DNA of 64,000 nt from Gemmatimonadales bacterium (GTDB taxonomy: Bacteria; Gemmatimonadota; Gemmatimonadetes; Gemmatimonadales; GWC2-71-9): the NCBI GenBank assembly GCA_037189525.1, contig JBBCJC010000002.1, forward strand, positions 928,001-992,000. The letters run 5' to 3'. How positions within the stretch are numbered: the stretch's first letter is position 1; each line of letters opens with the position of its first letter. A program made the position numbers and the translations under genes. Below the pieces are notes generated by a model. That model was not told the origin of the DNA. It did no database searches and saw nothing but the letters and a program-made list of their open reading frames with translations. This document shows, piece after piece, positions 1 to 10,179 of the stretch.

Positions 1-1731
1 GACCGGGACGGGCGCTCGCAGTTGTATGTGATTCGGGCGGCGGGCGGCGAGGCCAAGCGCGTCACCTTCCAGCGTGACGGGGTGGCCGACTTCCGCTGGG
101 CGCCAAGCGGGTCGCGAGTGGCGTTGCGGATTACCGACGCGGAGTCCGATTCGGCCCGGAAAACCAAAGCGCAGTATGGCGACTTTTACGCCGAGGATCG
201 TGACTTCCGACAGAGCCAGCTCTGGTCGCTCGACTTCGATCCGGCACGGTTGGACGGCGATAGCGCCGCGACGCCCAAGCCGGTTCGGCTGACGGACGGA
301 GCCTACACGGTCGGCAGCTTTGCATGGTCGCCCGATGGGACGAAGCTCGCGTTCGATTTCCGGCGCGATCCGATTGCGCATTCCGGCGCGACGGCCGACA
401 TCTCGATCATCGATGTCGCAAGCAAGCGTATCACTCCGCTGGTAGCGCGTCCCGGGTCGGACGCCGGGCCGGTCTGGTCGCCCGATGGCCAGTGGATTGC
501 CTTCACGACCTCGGCGGGCGATTCCGTCGAGAATTTCTTCCGTAACAATCAGCTGGCCAAGATTCGCGCGACCGGCGGCGAGCCGGTGCGCATGGCGGCC
601 AATTTCGATGAAACGATCGGCGGGCTGCTCTGGACCCCGCGCGGTCTCTGGTTCGCGGCGTGGGACAGCACCCGATACAGCTATGTCCGCGTCGATCCCG
701 AGAACGGCCGCGCCACGCGTGAGCGGTGGCCCGGCTTCCAGTCGTCCGGCGGGGCGGATGTGTCCCCGGATGGTCGCTGGTGGGCGTTCTCCGGTCAGAA
801 GGACGGGCAGTCGCTGTCCGAGTTGTATCGCCGCGATGCGACGGCTTCGGGCGCGCCGCTCGCGATCACGGAGCTCGGTGCGCAGATTGCCGGCTGGACC
901 ATTCCCGCCAATGAACTGGTGCAGTGGAAGAGCCAGGATGGCGCGCAAATCGAGGGCGTGCTGCACAAGCCGCGTGATTTCGACCCCAAGAAAAAGTATC
1001 CGCTCCTGGTCGTCATTCACGGCGGCCCTACGGGAATCGACACGCCGCAGCCGCTGCCGTTCTATGTCTATCCGATTCCGCAGTGGGTCGCGAAAGGTGC
1101 GCTGGTGCTGCGGCCCAACTATCGCGGCTCCGCCGGCTATGGCGAGAAGTTCCGTTCGCTCAACGTTCGGAATCTCGGCGTGGGCGACATGTGGGACGTG
1201 ATGTCCGGGGTCGACCATCTGATCCGGCAGGGCATCGTGGACTCGACCAAAATGGGCGTGATGGGTTGGAGCCAGGGCGGGTATATCTCCGCGTTTCTGA
1301 CCACCAACACCGATCGCTTCCGGGCGGTCTCGGTCGGAGCGGGGATTTCCAACTGGGTGACCTACTACGTCTCGACCGACATCTATCCCTTCACGCGCCA
1401 GTATCTCAAGGCGACGCCGTGGGATGATATGGAGATCTACCTCAAGACCTCGCCGATGACGAACATCAAGCGGGCCAAGACGCCGACCTTGATTCAGCAC
1501 GGCGAGTTCGACCGGCGGGTGCCGCTGCAGAACGCGTACGAACTGCATCAGGGCTTGCAGGACCAGGGCGTGCCGACGGAACTGCTGATCTATCGCGGCT
1601 TCGGCCACGGGATCAACAAGCCCAAGGAGCAGCTGGCCGCGGTCTGGCACAACTGGGCCTGGTTCGGGAAATACGTGTTCGGCGAGTCGATCTCGGTGCC
1701 GCTCACGGAGACCAAGCCGAGTGCGCAGTAA
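1..1731 (+). CDS. S9 family (prolyl oligopeptidase/acylaminoacyl peptidase) serine peptidase, 5' partial
   Basis: Frame open from base 1; TolB/PD40-like WSPDG repeats, IHGGP, PNYRGSAGYG, nucleophile GWSQGG, HGEFDRRV (Asp) and GFGHG (His). Confidence 0.93.
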   Translation, partial: DRDGRSQLYVIRAAGGEAKRVTFQRDGVADFRWAPSGSRVALRITDAESDSARKTKAQYGDFYAEDRDFRQSQLWSLDFDPARLDGDSAATPKPVRLTDGAYTVGSFAWSPDGTKLAFDFRRDPIAHSGATADISIIDVASKRITPLVARPGSDAGPVWSPDGQWIAFTTSAGDSVENFFRNNQLAKIRATGGEPVRMAANFDETIGGLLWTPRGLWFAAWDSTRYSYVRVDPENGRATRERWPGFQSSGGADVSPDGRWWAFSGQKDGQSLSELYRRDATASGAPLAITELGAQIAGWTIPANELVQWKSQDGAQIEGVLHKPRDFDPKKKYPLLVVIHGGPTGIDTPQPLPFYVYPIPQWVAKGALVLRPNYRGSAGYGEKFRSLNVRNLGVGDMWDVMSGVDHLIRQGIVDSTKMGVMGWSQGGYISAFLTTNTDRFRAVSVGAGISNWVTYYVSTDIYPFTRQYLKATPWDDMEIYLKTSPMTNIKRAKTPTLIQHGEFDRRVPLQNAYELHQGLQDQGVPTELLIYRGFGHGINKPKEQLAAVWHNWAWFGKYVFGESISVPLTETKPSAQ

Positions 1732-1734
1732 GCG

Positions 1735-2685
1735 ATGAATCCTCCCGGGGCGGCGGCCATCGCCGCCGCCCGCGCTCGCCTCGATGGATTTGCCATCCGC
1801 ACGCCCACGATCCGCTGGCAGGAAGGGTCGGGGGACATCTGGCTCAAGCTGGAGACCCTCCAGCCGATCGGTTCCTTCAAGATTCGCGGAGCTCGTAACG
1901 CCATTGCCGAGGCGCCTGCCGGGGCGCTTCGGGATGGCGTCGTCACGGCCAGCGCGGGCAACATGGCGCAAGGGGTTGCTTGGTGCGCGCGCGAGTCGGG
2001 AATCGCGTGCGCGGTGGTCGTGCCGGATCATGCGCCGCGCACCAAGCTCGACGCGATCGAGCGGCTGGGCGCGCGCGTGGTGGCGGTGCCCTTCGAGTGG
2101 TGGTGGCGGGTGCTGCAGGAGCGGCGCTTCGAGGATCTCCCGGGGTTTTTCGTTCATCCGGTGTCGGATCCCGCGGTCATCGCCGGGAACGCGACGATTG
2201 GGCTCGAGCTGGTGGAAGACTTGCCTCAGCTGGAGGAAGTGTACGTCCCATATGGTGGCGGCGGGTTGGCGTGCGGGATCGCGGCCGGCCTCAGAGCGGC
2301 AGGTTCCGAGGCGCGTGTCATTGCGGTGGAGCCGGAGACGGCAGCTCCGCTCACGGCGTCACTGGCTGCCGGCGCTCCTGTCGCCATCGACTATCGCGCC
2401 AGCTTCGTCGACGGCGCGGGTGGCCGATCTGTTCTGGCCGAAATGTGGCCGCTGGTGCGGGAACTGGTGACCGACGCGCGCACCGTGTCGCTGGCCGAGA
2501 CGGCCGAAGCGGTGCGTCTGCTGGCGGAGCGGGCGCGGATCGTGGCGGAGGGAGCCGGTGCGCTCGCCTTAGCGGCTGCCCGGGCAGCCGCCGGACGAGG
2601 ACGTCGCGCCGTGGCGATCGTGTCCGGCGGCAATATCGATGCTGCTCGCCTGGCGGCAATTCTGCGGGGTGAGGTGCCCGCCTGA
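1735..2685 (+). CDS. PLP-dependent threonine/serine dehydratase or serine racemase family protein (no regulatory domain)
   Basis: KLETLQPIGSFKIRGA (PLP lysine), ASAGN, PYGGGGL, SGGNID; 316 aa. Confidence 0.9.
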   Translation: MNPPGAAAIAAARARLDGFAIRTPTIRWQEGSGDIWLKLETLQPIGSFKIRGARNAIAEAPAGALRDGVVTASAGNMAQGVAWCARESGIACAVVVPDHAPRTKLDAIERLGARVVAVPFEWWWRVLQERRFEDLPGFFVHPVSDPAVIAGNATIGLELVEDLPQLEEVYVPYGGGGLACGIAAGLRAAGSEARVIAVEPETAAPLTASLAAGAPVAIDYRASFVDGAGGRSVLAEMWPLVRELVTDARTVSLAETAEAVRLLAERARIVAEGAGALALAAARAAAGRGRRAVAIVSGGNIDAARLAAILRGEVPA

Positions 2686-2686
2686 C

Positions 2687-3034
2687 TTATTTGATGACCT
2701 TGGCGTAGGTCGCTTCGTCGAATCCCACCACCACCGTCCGCCCTTTCCGAATCGTCGGCGCCCGAAGGTTGCCACTCGGTCCGATCATCAATTTTTCGAG
2801 CTCTTCCCGCGAAGGTTTGTCGCGGGCGAGGTTCAGGTGGAACACCTTGGTGCCGCGGGTTGCGTAGAGCTCATCGGCGTCTTTGAGGACGTTGAGCGCC
2901 TTGGCGCCCGGGATGGTGTCCTTCTTGGCGTTGGTGGTTTCGCGGATGGTCGCCTGCTTCCGCTCCATGAATCCCTGGGCGCGTTTGCAGGTGATGCATC
3001 CGGCGCGGAGATAGGCCCAATCGAGAGTCGGCAT
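2687..3034 (-). CDS. ArsC/Spx-like thioredoxin-fold protein with CxxC
   Basis: N-terminal GCITCKRA and C-terminal GPSGNLRAPTIRKGRTVVVGFDE typical of ArsC-family proteins. Confidence 0.8.
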   Translation of the reverse strand: MPTLDWAYLRAGCITCKRAQGFMERKQATIRETTNAKKDTIPGAKALNVLKDADELYATRGTKVFHLNLARDKPSREELEKLMIGPSGNLRAPTIRKGRTVVVGFDEATYAKVIK

Positions 3035-3063
3035 AATTCGGTCAGTGGTGCAAGGGAATCGGT

Positions 3064-4125
3064 TTACCGCTGCTGCGGTGTGGGTTGTCCGCCGGGCTTC
3101 CAGGTCGGACGCTCGCCATCGGCGAGGATCCGAACGGCGCGCACGGTCGCGTCGATCACGTGAGCCATGTGCACCGCGTCGACCTTGTCCACCTCATCGC
3201 TCGGCCGATGATAGTCGGTGTGCAGATTGAAGGTGGACAGCGTGTGCGCCACGACACCCAGAACGGCAAAGCGATAGTTGTCGCTGCGGCGGAAAAAATT
3301 CTGGGACAGCCGTTTGTCCGGGCCGATCGGCACGCCGTTGGCGGCCAGCATGTCGCCCATGGTGCTGCGTTCGTAGCCGGTGAGCCAGGCGCGGCCGGGT
3401 CCGCCGGCCAGGGAGTCGGGGCGGCCGATCATTTCGATCTGCAGGTTGGCCGCCATCTGGTTGAGCGGACGGGCCGGGTGATCGGAGTACCAGCGCGCAC
3501 CCAGTCCGCCGACTTCTTCTCCCGTCCAGGCGGCAAAGTAGACGGTGCGTTTGGGCCGGGGGCCGCGGGCGATCTGTTCCGCCGTCTTGAGAACCGCGAC
3601 CACGCCGGAGGCATCGTCATCGGCGCCGTTGTAGATCGAATCGCCGTCGACGGGATTGCGGATCCCGACGTGATCGTAGTGCGCGCTGACCACGACGTGC
3701 TCGTTGGCGAGCGCCGGATCGCTGCCCGGAATCATGCCGATCACGTTGACGGCCGGCCGCCAGCGCGATCGTTCGATCGTTTCGCGCGCGGCAAAGCTCT
3801 CGGCCAGCATCGGGCCGGTGAACTCGCGGTCGCCCACTTTGCGAGTGCCGATCACGACGGGGAGTGGCTGGAAATAGCCACTGTCGCCCGCGGGCTGCAG
3901 GCCGGCGCGTTCCATTTCCCGCGCAATGATTCGGGCGGCTTTGGCCGACCCGGGTTCTCCGGTGGCGCGGCCCTTGAGTGAGTCGTGTGCGAGCGCCGAG
4001 AGCAGAGCCAGGGCAGCGTCCGGCGAGGTCGAAGGCGGCGCCGTCAGCGCGGGCTGTTTGCCGCTGCCGCCGCACCCGACGGCGAGGAGAAACACGGCGT
4101 ATCCGCCCAACCTACGTTTCGACAT
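3064..4125 (-). CDS. M28 family metallopeptidase, lipoprotein
   Basis: SAHYDHVG, NGADDDASG, TGEEVG, RSDN and YHRPSDE motifs; ATG 4125 with GAAAGGA RBS; lipobox LAVGC. Confidence 0.92.
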   Translation of the reverse strand: MSKRRLGGYAVFLLAVGCGGSGKQPALTAPPSTSPDAALALLSALAHDSLKGRATGEPGSAKAARIIAREMERAGLQPAGDSGYFQPLPVVIGTRKVGDREFTGPMLAESFAARETIERSRWRPAVNVIGMIPGSDPALANEHVVVSAHYDHVGIRNPVDGDSIYNGADDDASGVVAVLKTAEQIARGPRPKRTVYFAAWTGEEVGGLGARWYSDHPARPLNQMAANLQIEMIGRPDSLAGGPGRAWLTGYERSTMGDMLAANGVPIGPDKRLSQNFFRRSDNYRFAVLGVVAHTLSTFNLHTDYHRPSDEVDKVDAVHMAHVIDATVRAVRILADGERPTWKPGGQPTPQQR

Positions 4126-5329
4126 AGTCGAGGTCCTTTCCGTACGTCTCATCGAGCCCGATCAGCGAAAGGTACGCAATTCCGAGGGCGACGGCACCCA
4201 CCGCCGCCGCGCTGCCGGCAATGCCCAGTCCGGGACGGAGCGCCTGGAAGAGCAGGGTGAGCGGCACCACGGCTCCGCGCACGAAGTTCGGCGCTGTCGA
4301 GGCCACCGTCCCGCGGAGGTTGGTGCCGAACTGCTCGGCGGCGACCGTTACGAACACCGCCCAGTATCCCGCGGTTGCGCCGAGGAGGGCGCAGGCAAAG
4401 TAGAACAGGCCCAGCGACATCCCGCCGATGATGAAATAGGTCACGATGCCCAGGCCGCAGAGCGTGATGAAGAGCGTGAGCGCCTTCTTGCGGCTGCGGA
4501 GCAACTGGCTCAGCACGCCGCTCACGATGTCGCCGAGCGTGGCGCCGATGTAGCCGAATGCAATGGCGCGTCCGGCACTCGGCGCTTCGGCCAATCCGAG
4601 GGCGGGGCCGATTTCCGGCGAGAACGTCACCAGGATGCCCATCACGAACCAGGTCGGCAGCCCGACCATCACGACCGACAGGTATCGCCGGATGCGCGCG
4701 CCGTTGGTGAAGAGCAGCAGGAAGTTGCCCTTCCCGACCGCCTTGGGCTTGATGGTCTGGAACATGGTCGATTCATGGACACCGATCCGGAGCAGCAGCA
4801 GGGCCAGACCCATGAAGCCGCCGATGTAGTACGCGGTGCGCCAGGGAAAGTGATCGCCGACGTACCCGGCGGTCACCGCGCCGAGCAGTCCCAGGCTCGC
4901 GACGATGGTGGTGCCGTAGCCGCGGGATTCCTTCGACATGATCTCGGCGACCAGAGTGATGCCGGCGCCGAGTTCACCGGCCAGGCCGATCCCGGCGATG
5001 AAACGGAGCCAGGTGTACTGCTCGACGGTTTGGACCATCCCGTTGGCCAGGTTGGCCAGCGAGTAGAGCAGGATCGAGCCGAAAAGCACCGACCGGCGCC
5101 CCATGTTGTCGGCCAGGATGCCCCAGAGGAGGCCGCCGATCAGGAGGCCCGCCATCTGTGAGTTGAGCAGGGTCACCCCGACATCCAGGACTTCGGACTG
5201 CGGCACGCCGAGATCCAGCAGGCTGCGAATCCGGACGGTGCTGAACAGCAGCAGGTCGTAGACATCGACGAAATAGCCGAGCGCTGCGACCAGCACGGCG
5301 AGCGAAATGCTGCGTCGATCGTGACTCAC
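4112..5329 (-). CDS. MFS transporter
   Basis: About 12 hydrophobic segments; motif A GILADNMGRR; LRFIAGIGLAGE; GTG start at 5329 chosen from the start of MFS-like sequence. Confidence 0.9.
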   Translation of the reverse strand: MSHDRRSISLAVLVAALGYFVDVYDLLLFSTVRIRSLLDLGVPQSEVLDVGVTLLNSQMAGLLIGGLLWGILADNMGRRSVLFGSILLYSLANLANGMVQTVEQYTWLRFIAGIGLAGELGAGITLVAEIMSKESRGYGTTIVASLGLLGAVTAGYVGDHFPWRTAYYIGGFMGLALLLLRIGVHESTMFQTIKPKAVGKGNFLLLFTNGARIRRYLSVVMVGLPTWFVMGILVTFSPEIGPALGLAEAPSAGRAIAFGYIGATLGDIVSGVLSQLLRSRKKALTLFITLCGLGIVTYFIIGGMSLGLFYFACALLGATAGYWAVFVTVAAEQFGTNLRGTVASTAPNFVRGAVVPLTLLFQALRPGLGIAGSAAAVGAVALGIAYLSLIGLDETYGKDLDYVET

Positions 5330-5447
5330 GGGCGGATTGGGTTCGGGGTGACCGAGGGCGAAGGGCCGGCGACAAGGATACGGGAGCCGGCCGCTCGCCG
5401 ATAGGGTCACGAGCTGGGAAGGGTGGTTCCGGCGGGCGGGACGCCAT

Positions 5448-5476
5448 TTGACAAGTTTCGGGTTGCGCCCCACTAT
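5448..5476 (+). promoter_or_regulatory. Sigma70-type promoter of the EF-G paralogue/udk operon
   Basis: TTGACA-N17-CACTAT about 30 nt upstream of ATG 5507, which has a GGAGGT RBS. Confidence 0.6.
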
Positions 5477-5506
5477 CCCAGGGTCTCAAACGCCGGAGGT
5501 GGCCCG

Positions 5507-7552
5507 ATGAAGGTCTACGGCTCGGACGCAGTTCGGAACGTGGCGGTCGTCGGCCACGGATCCGCTGGAAAGACGACGCTGGTCGACGCTCTCGCCTTCG
5601 TTTCAGGCTCGATCAAGCGACACGGTTCGATCAAGGAAGGCAACACGCTCACCGATACCTCACCCGACGAAATCGAACGACAACACTCCATTACGCTGGG
5701 GCTCGGCTTTGCCGAGTGGATGGATACCAAGATCAACCTGCTGGACACGCCGGGTTATCTCGAATTCTATGGTGACGTCGCGGCCGCGCTGGCGGTGGCG
5801 GATGCGGCGATCGTCGTGTTGAGCGGCACCAGCGGCGTCGAAGTGGGGACCGAGAAGGTCTGGGCCTTCTGCGATCATCATCACTTGCCGCGCATCCTGT
5901 TCGTCTCACAGATGGACAAGGAGCATGCCGACTTCGGGCGGGTCTTCGACGATGTGCGCGATCATCTGACGCCCAAGGTGCTGCCGGTGGAGATTCCCGT
6001 CGGTGACGGGCCGAACTTCACCGGAATCATCAATCTGTTTACCGGGACCTACCAGCGCTTCGCGCCCGGCTCCAAGGCCGGCGAGTTCGAAGAGGGGCCG
6101 ATTCCCGAGGAGTACCGGGACACGTTCGGACGGTACATGGAGCAGTTCACCGAGACGATTGCCGGGACCGACGACACCCTGATCGAGAAGTTCCTGTCGG
6201 GAGACGCGCTGTCGCGCGAGGAGATCGTTCCGGCCCTCAAGCGCGCCATGCTGGCGGGGGAGATCGTACCGCTGTTCTGCGGCAGCGGCGACCGCTTGCT
6301 GGGGATCAGGACGCTGCTGACCGAGCTGGTCGAGTTGCTGCCCTCGCCGCTCGAGGCGCCGAAGCCGGCCGACGGTCCTCTGGTGGGGCGGGTCTTCAAA
6401 ATCGTATCCGAACCGCATGTCGGCGACATCAGCCTGTTCCGGCTCTACAGTGGCGGAGTCAAGAACGGCGCCGATGTCTGGAATCACGAACACAACGTGG
6501 CCGAGCGATTGGGGCATCTCTCGGTCCAGCAGGGGCGGGACCGGCTGGAAGTTGCGGAGCTTGCGGCAGGCGATATCGGGTCCGTCGCCAAACTCAAGGA
6601 CACCCATACCAACGATACTTTCTGTCATCGTGACCACCCTGTACATCTCGATCCGATCGAGTTCCCGGATGCGGAAGCCACCTCGGCCGTGCTGGTCAAG
6701 CAGCGGGGTGAGGAGGACAAGCTCGCGGGCGGATTGCACAAGCTGCACGAGGAGGATCCGACTTTCCACTTCGAGTACAATTCCGAACTGGGACAAACCC
6801 TGATCCACGGCCTGGGTGAGCGGCATTTCGAGGTGATCCTCGGCCGGCTGGCGCGCAAGTACGGCGTCCATGCGGAGCTGGTGCGCCCACGGATTGCCTA
6901 TCGGGAAACCATCAAGGGAACGGCGGAGGGGCAGGGCAAGCACAAGAAGCAATCCGGAGGGCGGGGTCAGTATGGTGACTGCTGGATTCGTCTGGCGCCT
7001 CGGCCGCGGGGGGCGGGATACGAATTTGTCGACAAGATTGTCGGCGGCGTGATTCCGGGGAAGTACATCCCTGCCGTCGATCGCGGTGTGCAGGAAGCGG
7101 CTGAGCGAGGCGCGCTGGCCGGCTATCCCCTGGTGGATTTCCGGGTCGAGTGTTTCGACGGGAGTTACCACGACGTCGATTCCAACGAGATGTCATTCAA
7201 GATGGCCGGGATTCTCGCGTTTCGAACCGTGGCATCCAAGGCGAGCCCCGTGCTGCTCGAACCGATCGTGCAGATCGAGGTCGACACGCCGAGCGAACTG
7301 ATGGGCGATGTTCTGGGCGATCTGACGCCGCGCCGCGGACAGGTGCAGCACACGGAAGCCGTCGGGCGGCTGACGCGGGTAACGGCACTGGTGCCCCAGG
7401 CCGAGCTGTACAAGTATTCGACCACGTTACATTCGATCACCCACGGGCGCGGCACCCATCGGGAGCGATTCCACGGGTATGCCGAGGCACCGCCGCACAT
7501 TGCCGCCAAAGTCGCCGCGGAGAATGCAGACAGACGAACCAGTGAAGCATGA
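5507..7552 (+). CDS. fusA: Elongation factor G paralogue (EF-G2-like)
   Basis: GHGSAGKTT, DTPGY, KKQSGGRGQYG, GSYHDVDS and LLEPI; divergent G motifs; not in an rpsL-rpsG-tuf context. Confidence 0.93.
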   Translation: MKVYGSDAVRNVAVVGHGSAGKTTLVDALAFVSGSIKRHGSIKEGNTLTDTSPDEIERQHSITLGLGFAEWMDTKINLLDTPGYLEFYGDVAAALAVADAAIVVLSGTSGVEVGTEKVWAFCDHHHLPRILFVSQMDKEHADFGRVFDDVRDHLTPKVLPVEIPVGDGPNFTGIINLFTGTYQRFAPGSKAGEFEEGPIPEEYRDTFGRYMEQFTETIAGTDDTLIEKFLSGDALSREEIVPALKRAMLAGEIVPLFCGSGDRLLGIRTLLTELVELLPSPLEAPKPADGPLVGRVFKIVSEPHVGDISLFRLYSGGVKNGADVWNHEHNVAERLGHLSVQQGRDRLEVAELAAGDIGSVAKLKDTHTNDTFCHRDHPVHLDPIEFPDAEATSAVLVKQRGEEDKLAGGLHKLHEEDPTFHFEYNSELGQTLIHGLGERHFEVILGRLARKYGVHAELVRPRIAYRETIKGTAEGQGKHKKQSGGRGQYGDCWIRLAPRPRGAGYEFVDKIVGGVIPGKYIPAVDRGVQEAAERGALAGYPLVDFRVECFDGSYHDVDSNEMSFKMAGILAFRTVASKASPVLLEPIVQIEVDTPSELMGDVLGDLTPRRGQVQHTEAVGRLTRVTALVPQAELYKYSTTLHSITHGRGTHRERFHGYAEAPPHIAAKVAAENADRRTSEA

Positions 7553-8210
7553 ATCGGAGTCGGAGACGCCGCGACCCCTCATCATCGGGGTCGTGGGCGG
7601 CTCCGGTTCCGGTAAGACGACGGTGGCGCGCGCTATCTATGGGGCGTTGGGTCTCGATGCGGCGTTCATCGATCAGGATGCCTATTATCGCGATCTGGCC
7701 CATCTGCCGATGGCCGAACGCGTCAAACTCAACTTCGATCATCCCGAAGCTTTCGATACCGATCTCCTGATCCGTCACCTGGAGGCGATTCGGCGCGGGG
7801 CGCCCGTGTCCAAGCCGACCTACGATTTTGCGGCGCACACCCGGGCGGCGCAGACGGTGCTGATCGAGCCCAAGGAGATCGTCATCGTCGACGGCATCAT
7901 GCTGTTTGCGGACCAACGGATTCGCGACCTGCTCGACATCAAGATTTACGTGGATGTGGCGGACGATATCCGTTTCATCCGCCGGCTGGAGCGGGACGTG
8001 GCCGAGCGGGGGCGCACGATGGCGGGGGTGATTCGTCAGTATCTCGACACCGTGCGTCCGATGCACCTCGAGTTCGTCGAGCCGTCGAAGCGGTACGCCG
8101 ATGTGATCCTTCCGCAGGGCGGGCACAATCAGGTCGGGGTCGACATGATCCTCGCCAGGGTGTTCATGGAGTTGGCGCGCCGGCGCCAGCGCGCCGACCT
8201 GCCGAGCTAG
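7542..8210 (+). CDS. udk: Uridine kinase
   Basis: IIGVVGGSGSGKTT, QDAYY, NFDHPEAFD, RRLERDVAERGR, FVEPSKRYADVI; start may be GTG 7542 or ATG 7524. Confidence 0.93.
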   Translation: MKHESESETPRPLIIGVVGGSGSGKTTVARAIYGALGLDAAFIDQDAYYRDLAHLPMAERVKLNFDHPEAFDTDLLIRHLEAIRRGAPVSKPTYDFAAHTRAAQTVLIEPKEIVIVDGIMLFADQRIRDLLDIKIYVDVADDIRFIRRLERDVAERGRTMAGVIRQYLDTVRPMHLEFVEPSKRYADVILPQGGHNQVGVDMILARVFMELARRRQRADLPS

Positions 8211-9262
8211 GGAATGACGCCGATGGCTTGGGAGACGGTGCGGTAGACAGCCGTTTCCGCAGCGACGAATTCCTCGAACTCCCGGCCGGTGAGCAGAAAC
8301 GGGCGCAGTCCGTTTCGGGCGAGCAGGGCATTCCACTCGGGCGATTTGGCCACGCGAGTCAGTCGCTCGACCCAGTGATCGTAGACCTCGTCCGGAACCC
8401 CGGGCGGGGCGTAGAATCCGCGCCAGACTTCCCACGACACCGGCACCCCTTGTTCGCGCGCGGTCGGCACATCGGCCAGCGGACCGGATCCTCGGGTATC
8501 ACCCAGGACGGCCAGGACGCGGACCTCCTTGGAATCGAACTGGCGCCGGATCTCCGAAATTTCTCCGGGGAAGAGCTGGATGCCGTCCGACCGCAGCGAG
8601 TCGATGGCTTCCGCGGGGCGGTTGAGCGGCAGATAGCGAACCGCCCGGAGGTCGATGCCCGCAACCTCGGCCAGCAGCAAAACTTTGACGTGGTCCTGTC
8701 CTCCCGCGACCGAGACGCCGCCGGTGATCACCTTGTCGGGGTTGGCGCGCCAATAGCGAATCAGGTCCGGGAGCGTGCGCCACGGCGCGTTCGCCCGGAC
8801 GGCGAGCACGCTGGGCTCGGCGCCCACGGCCGCGAGCCACCGCACGTCGCGCTCCGTCAGCGTACCGTAATGTTGCTGGGCGAGGCCGAGTAAGGTGGAG
8901 GGGCTGGCGGCGATGACAGTCTGCTGATCGCCGCGCATCTCGGCGACCACGCGCGCAAAGGCGACCCCGCCGCCTTCTCCGGCGATGTTGATGGTTCGCA
9001 TCGAGGTCGAATCCGGCTCGGCCAGGGCAATAGCCTCCGCCATGGCGCGGCAGGTGAAGTCCCATCCGCCGCCGGGATTGGCCGGGGCAATACAGGTGGA
9101 CCCGGCCTTCGATTCGGATGCGCATCCGGCGAGACCGACGATGAGCCCGGCCCAGAAGACCGCCCGACCCAGACGTGACCCTGTCGGATGGGCGCGAGGT
9201 GTTGCAGGGGCGGACGCTGAAACGGTCCGCAGGGGGTTGCAGGACAGGGGGCCGGTCGACAC
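8207..9262 (-). CDS. tctC: Tripartite tricarboxylate transporter substrate-binding protein (TctC/Bug family), predicted lipoprotein
   Basis: CIAPANPGGGWDFTCR, NIAGEGG, GGQDH, VPTAREQG, WRGFYAPPG; lipobox LAGC; start uncertain. Confidence 0.88.
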   Translation of the reverse strand: MSTGPLSCNPLRTVSASAPATPRAHPTGSRLGRAVFWAGLIVGLAGCASESKAGSTCIAPANPGGGWDFTCRAMAEAIALAEPDSTSMRTINIAGEGGGVAFARVVAEMRGDQQTVIAASPSTLLGLAQQHYGTLTERDVRWLAAVGAEPSVLAVRANAPWRTLPDLIRYWRANPDKVITGGVSVAGGQDHVKVLLLAEVAGIDLRAVRYLPLNRPAEAIDSLRSDGIQLFPGEISEIRRQFDSKEVRVLAVLGDTRGSGPLADVPTAREQGVPVSWEVWRGFYAPPGVPDEVYDHWVERLTRVAKSPEWNALLARNGLRPFLLTGREFEEFVAAETAVYRTVSQAIGVIP

Positions 9263-9269
9263 GCTCGGC

Positions 9270-9298
9270 AATTTAGAAGCCCGGTCGCGGCGACGCAA
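9270..9298 (-). promoter_or_regulatory. Sigma70-type promoter of tctC-like gene (possibly leaderless)
   Basis: Minus strand TTGCGT-N17-TAAATT, then 7 nt to in-frame GTG at 9262 with no SD. Confidence 0.5.
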
Positions 9299-9485
9299 AA
9301 CGCCGGATGGCGTTCGTCACTGGCTGCGCATAGATGTCCTGCCGGTTGACCGTGCCGTCCGGACCGGACGACAGTTGCATCTGGCGGCAGGGTTATTATC
9401 TGATACGGCATGGCGGCGTCGGGGCGGGTGAAGGGGAACGCTGCCGCCGGTTGTCGTTGCGGGTCCATCACTCCGGATCGATTCT

Positions 9486-10178
9486 ATGCGGCTTCTCCTG
9501 GTGGAAGACGACGAGGCGTTGTCCGAGACGCTGGCGGGCGGCCTGCGGGAGCAGGCGTATGCCGTGGATGCGGTGGCAGACGGTGAAGCCGCGTTGTCGT
9601 ACAGCCGGATCACGCCGTATGACGTGATCGTCCTCGACATCAACATCCCGCGGCTGGACGGTCTGACGCTCTGCCGGACCTTGAGGAGTGACGGATCGGC
9701 GGTGCGGATCCTGATGCTGACGGCGCGTGCGAGCACGGCAGATCGGATTCGGGGGCTCGACAGCGGCGCGGACGACTATCTCGCCAAGCCGTTCGAATTC
9801 GAGGAACTGCTGGCGCGGCTTCGGGCCTTGCTGCGCCGGCGAGGCGATCAGGTCGATCCGGCGCGCGTCACGCTGGTCGATCTGGAGATCGACTTCGATG
9901 CGCAGCAAGTCAGCCGAGGTGGCGTAGCCATCGATCTGACGACCAAGGAATACACTCTCCTTGCCTATCTGGCCCGGCATGTGGGCAAAGTCATCGGCCG
10001 TGCGGAGCTGACGGAGCACGTCTGGGACGACAATCACGATCCGGGGACCAACGCGGTCGAGGTGTACATCAATCGTCTCCGGAAGAAGATCGATACGTCG
10101 GGAGTACCGTTGATCCATACCCGTCGTGGGGCGGGATACTACCTGGCGCTGCCGGACGGGCGATCGGTCGGGCCCTAG
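9486..10178 (+). CDS. OmpR-family response regulator
   Basis: MRLLLVEDD, VLDINIP (phospho-Asp), LMLTAR, GADDYLAKPF, winged helix with VEVYINRLRKK and TRRGAGY. Confidence 0.95.
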   Translation: MRLLLVEDDEALSETLAGGLREQAYAVDAVADGEAALSYSRITPYDVIVLDINIPRLDGLTLCRTLRSDGSAVRILMLTARASTADRIRGLDSGADDYLAKPFEFEELLARLRALLRRRGDQVDPARVTLVDLEIDFDAQQVSRGGVAIDLTTKEYTLLAYLARHVGKVIGRAELTEHVWDDNHDPGTNAVEVYINRLRKKIDTSGVPLIHTRRGAGYYLALPDGRSVGP

Positions 10179-10179
10179 C

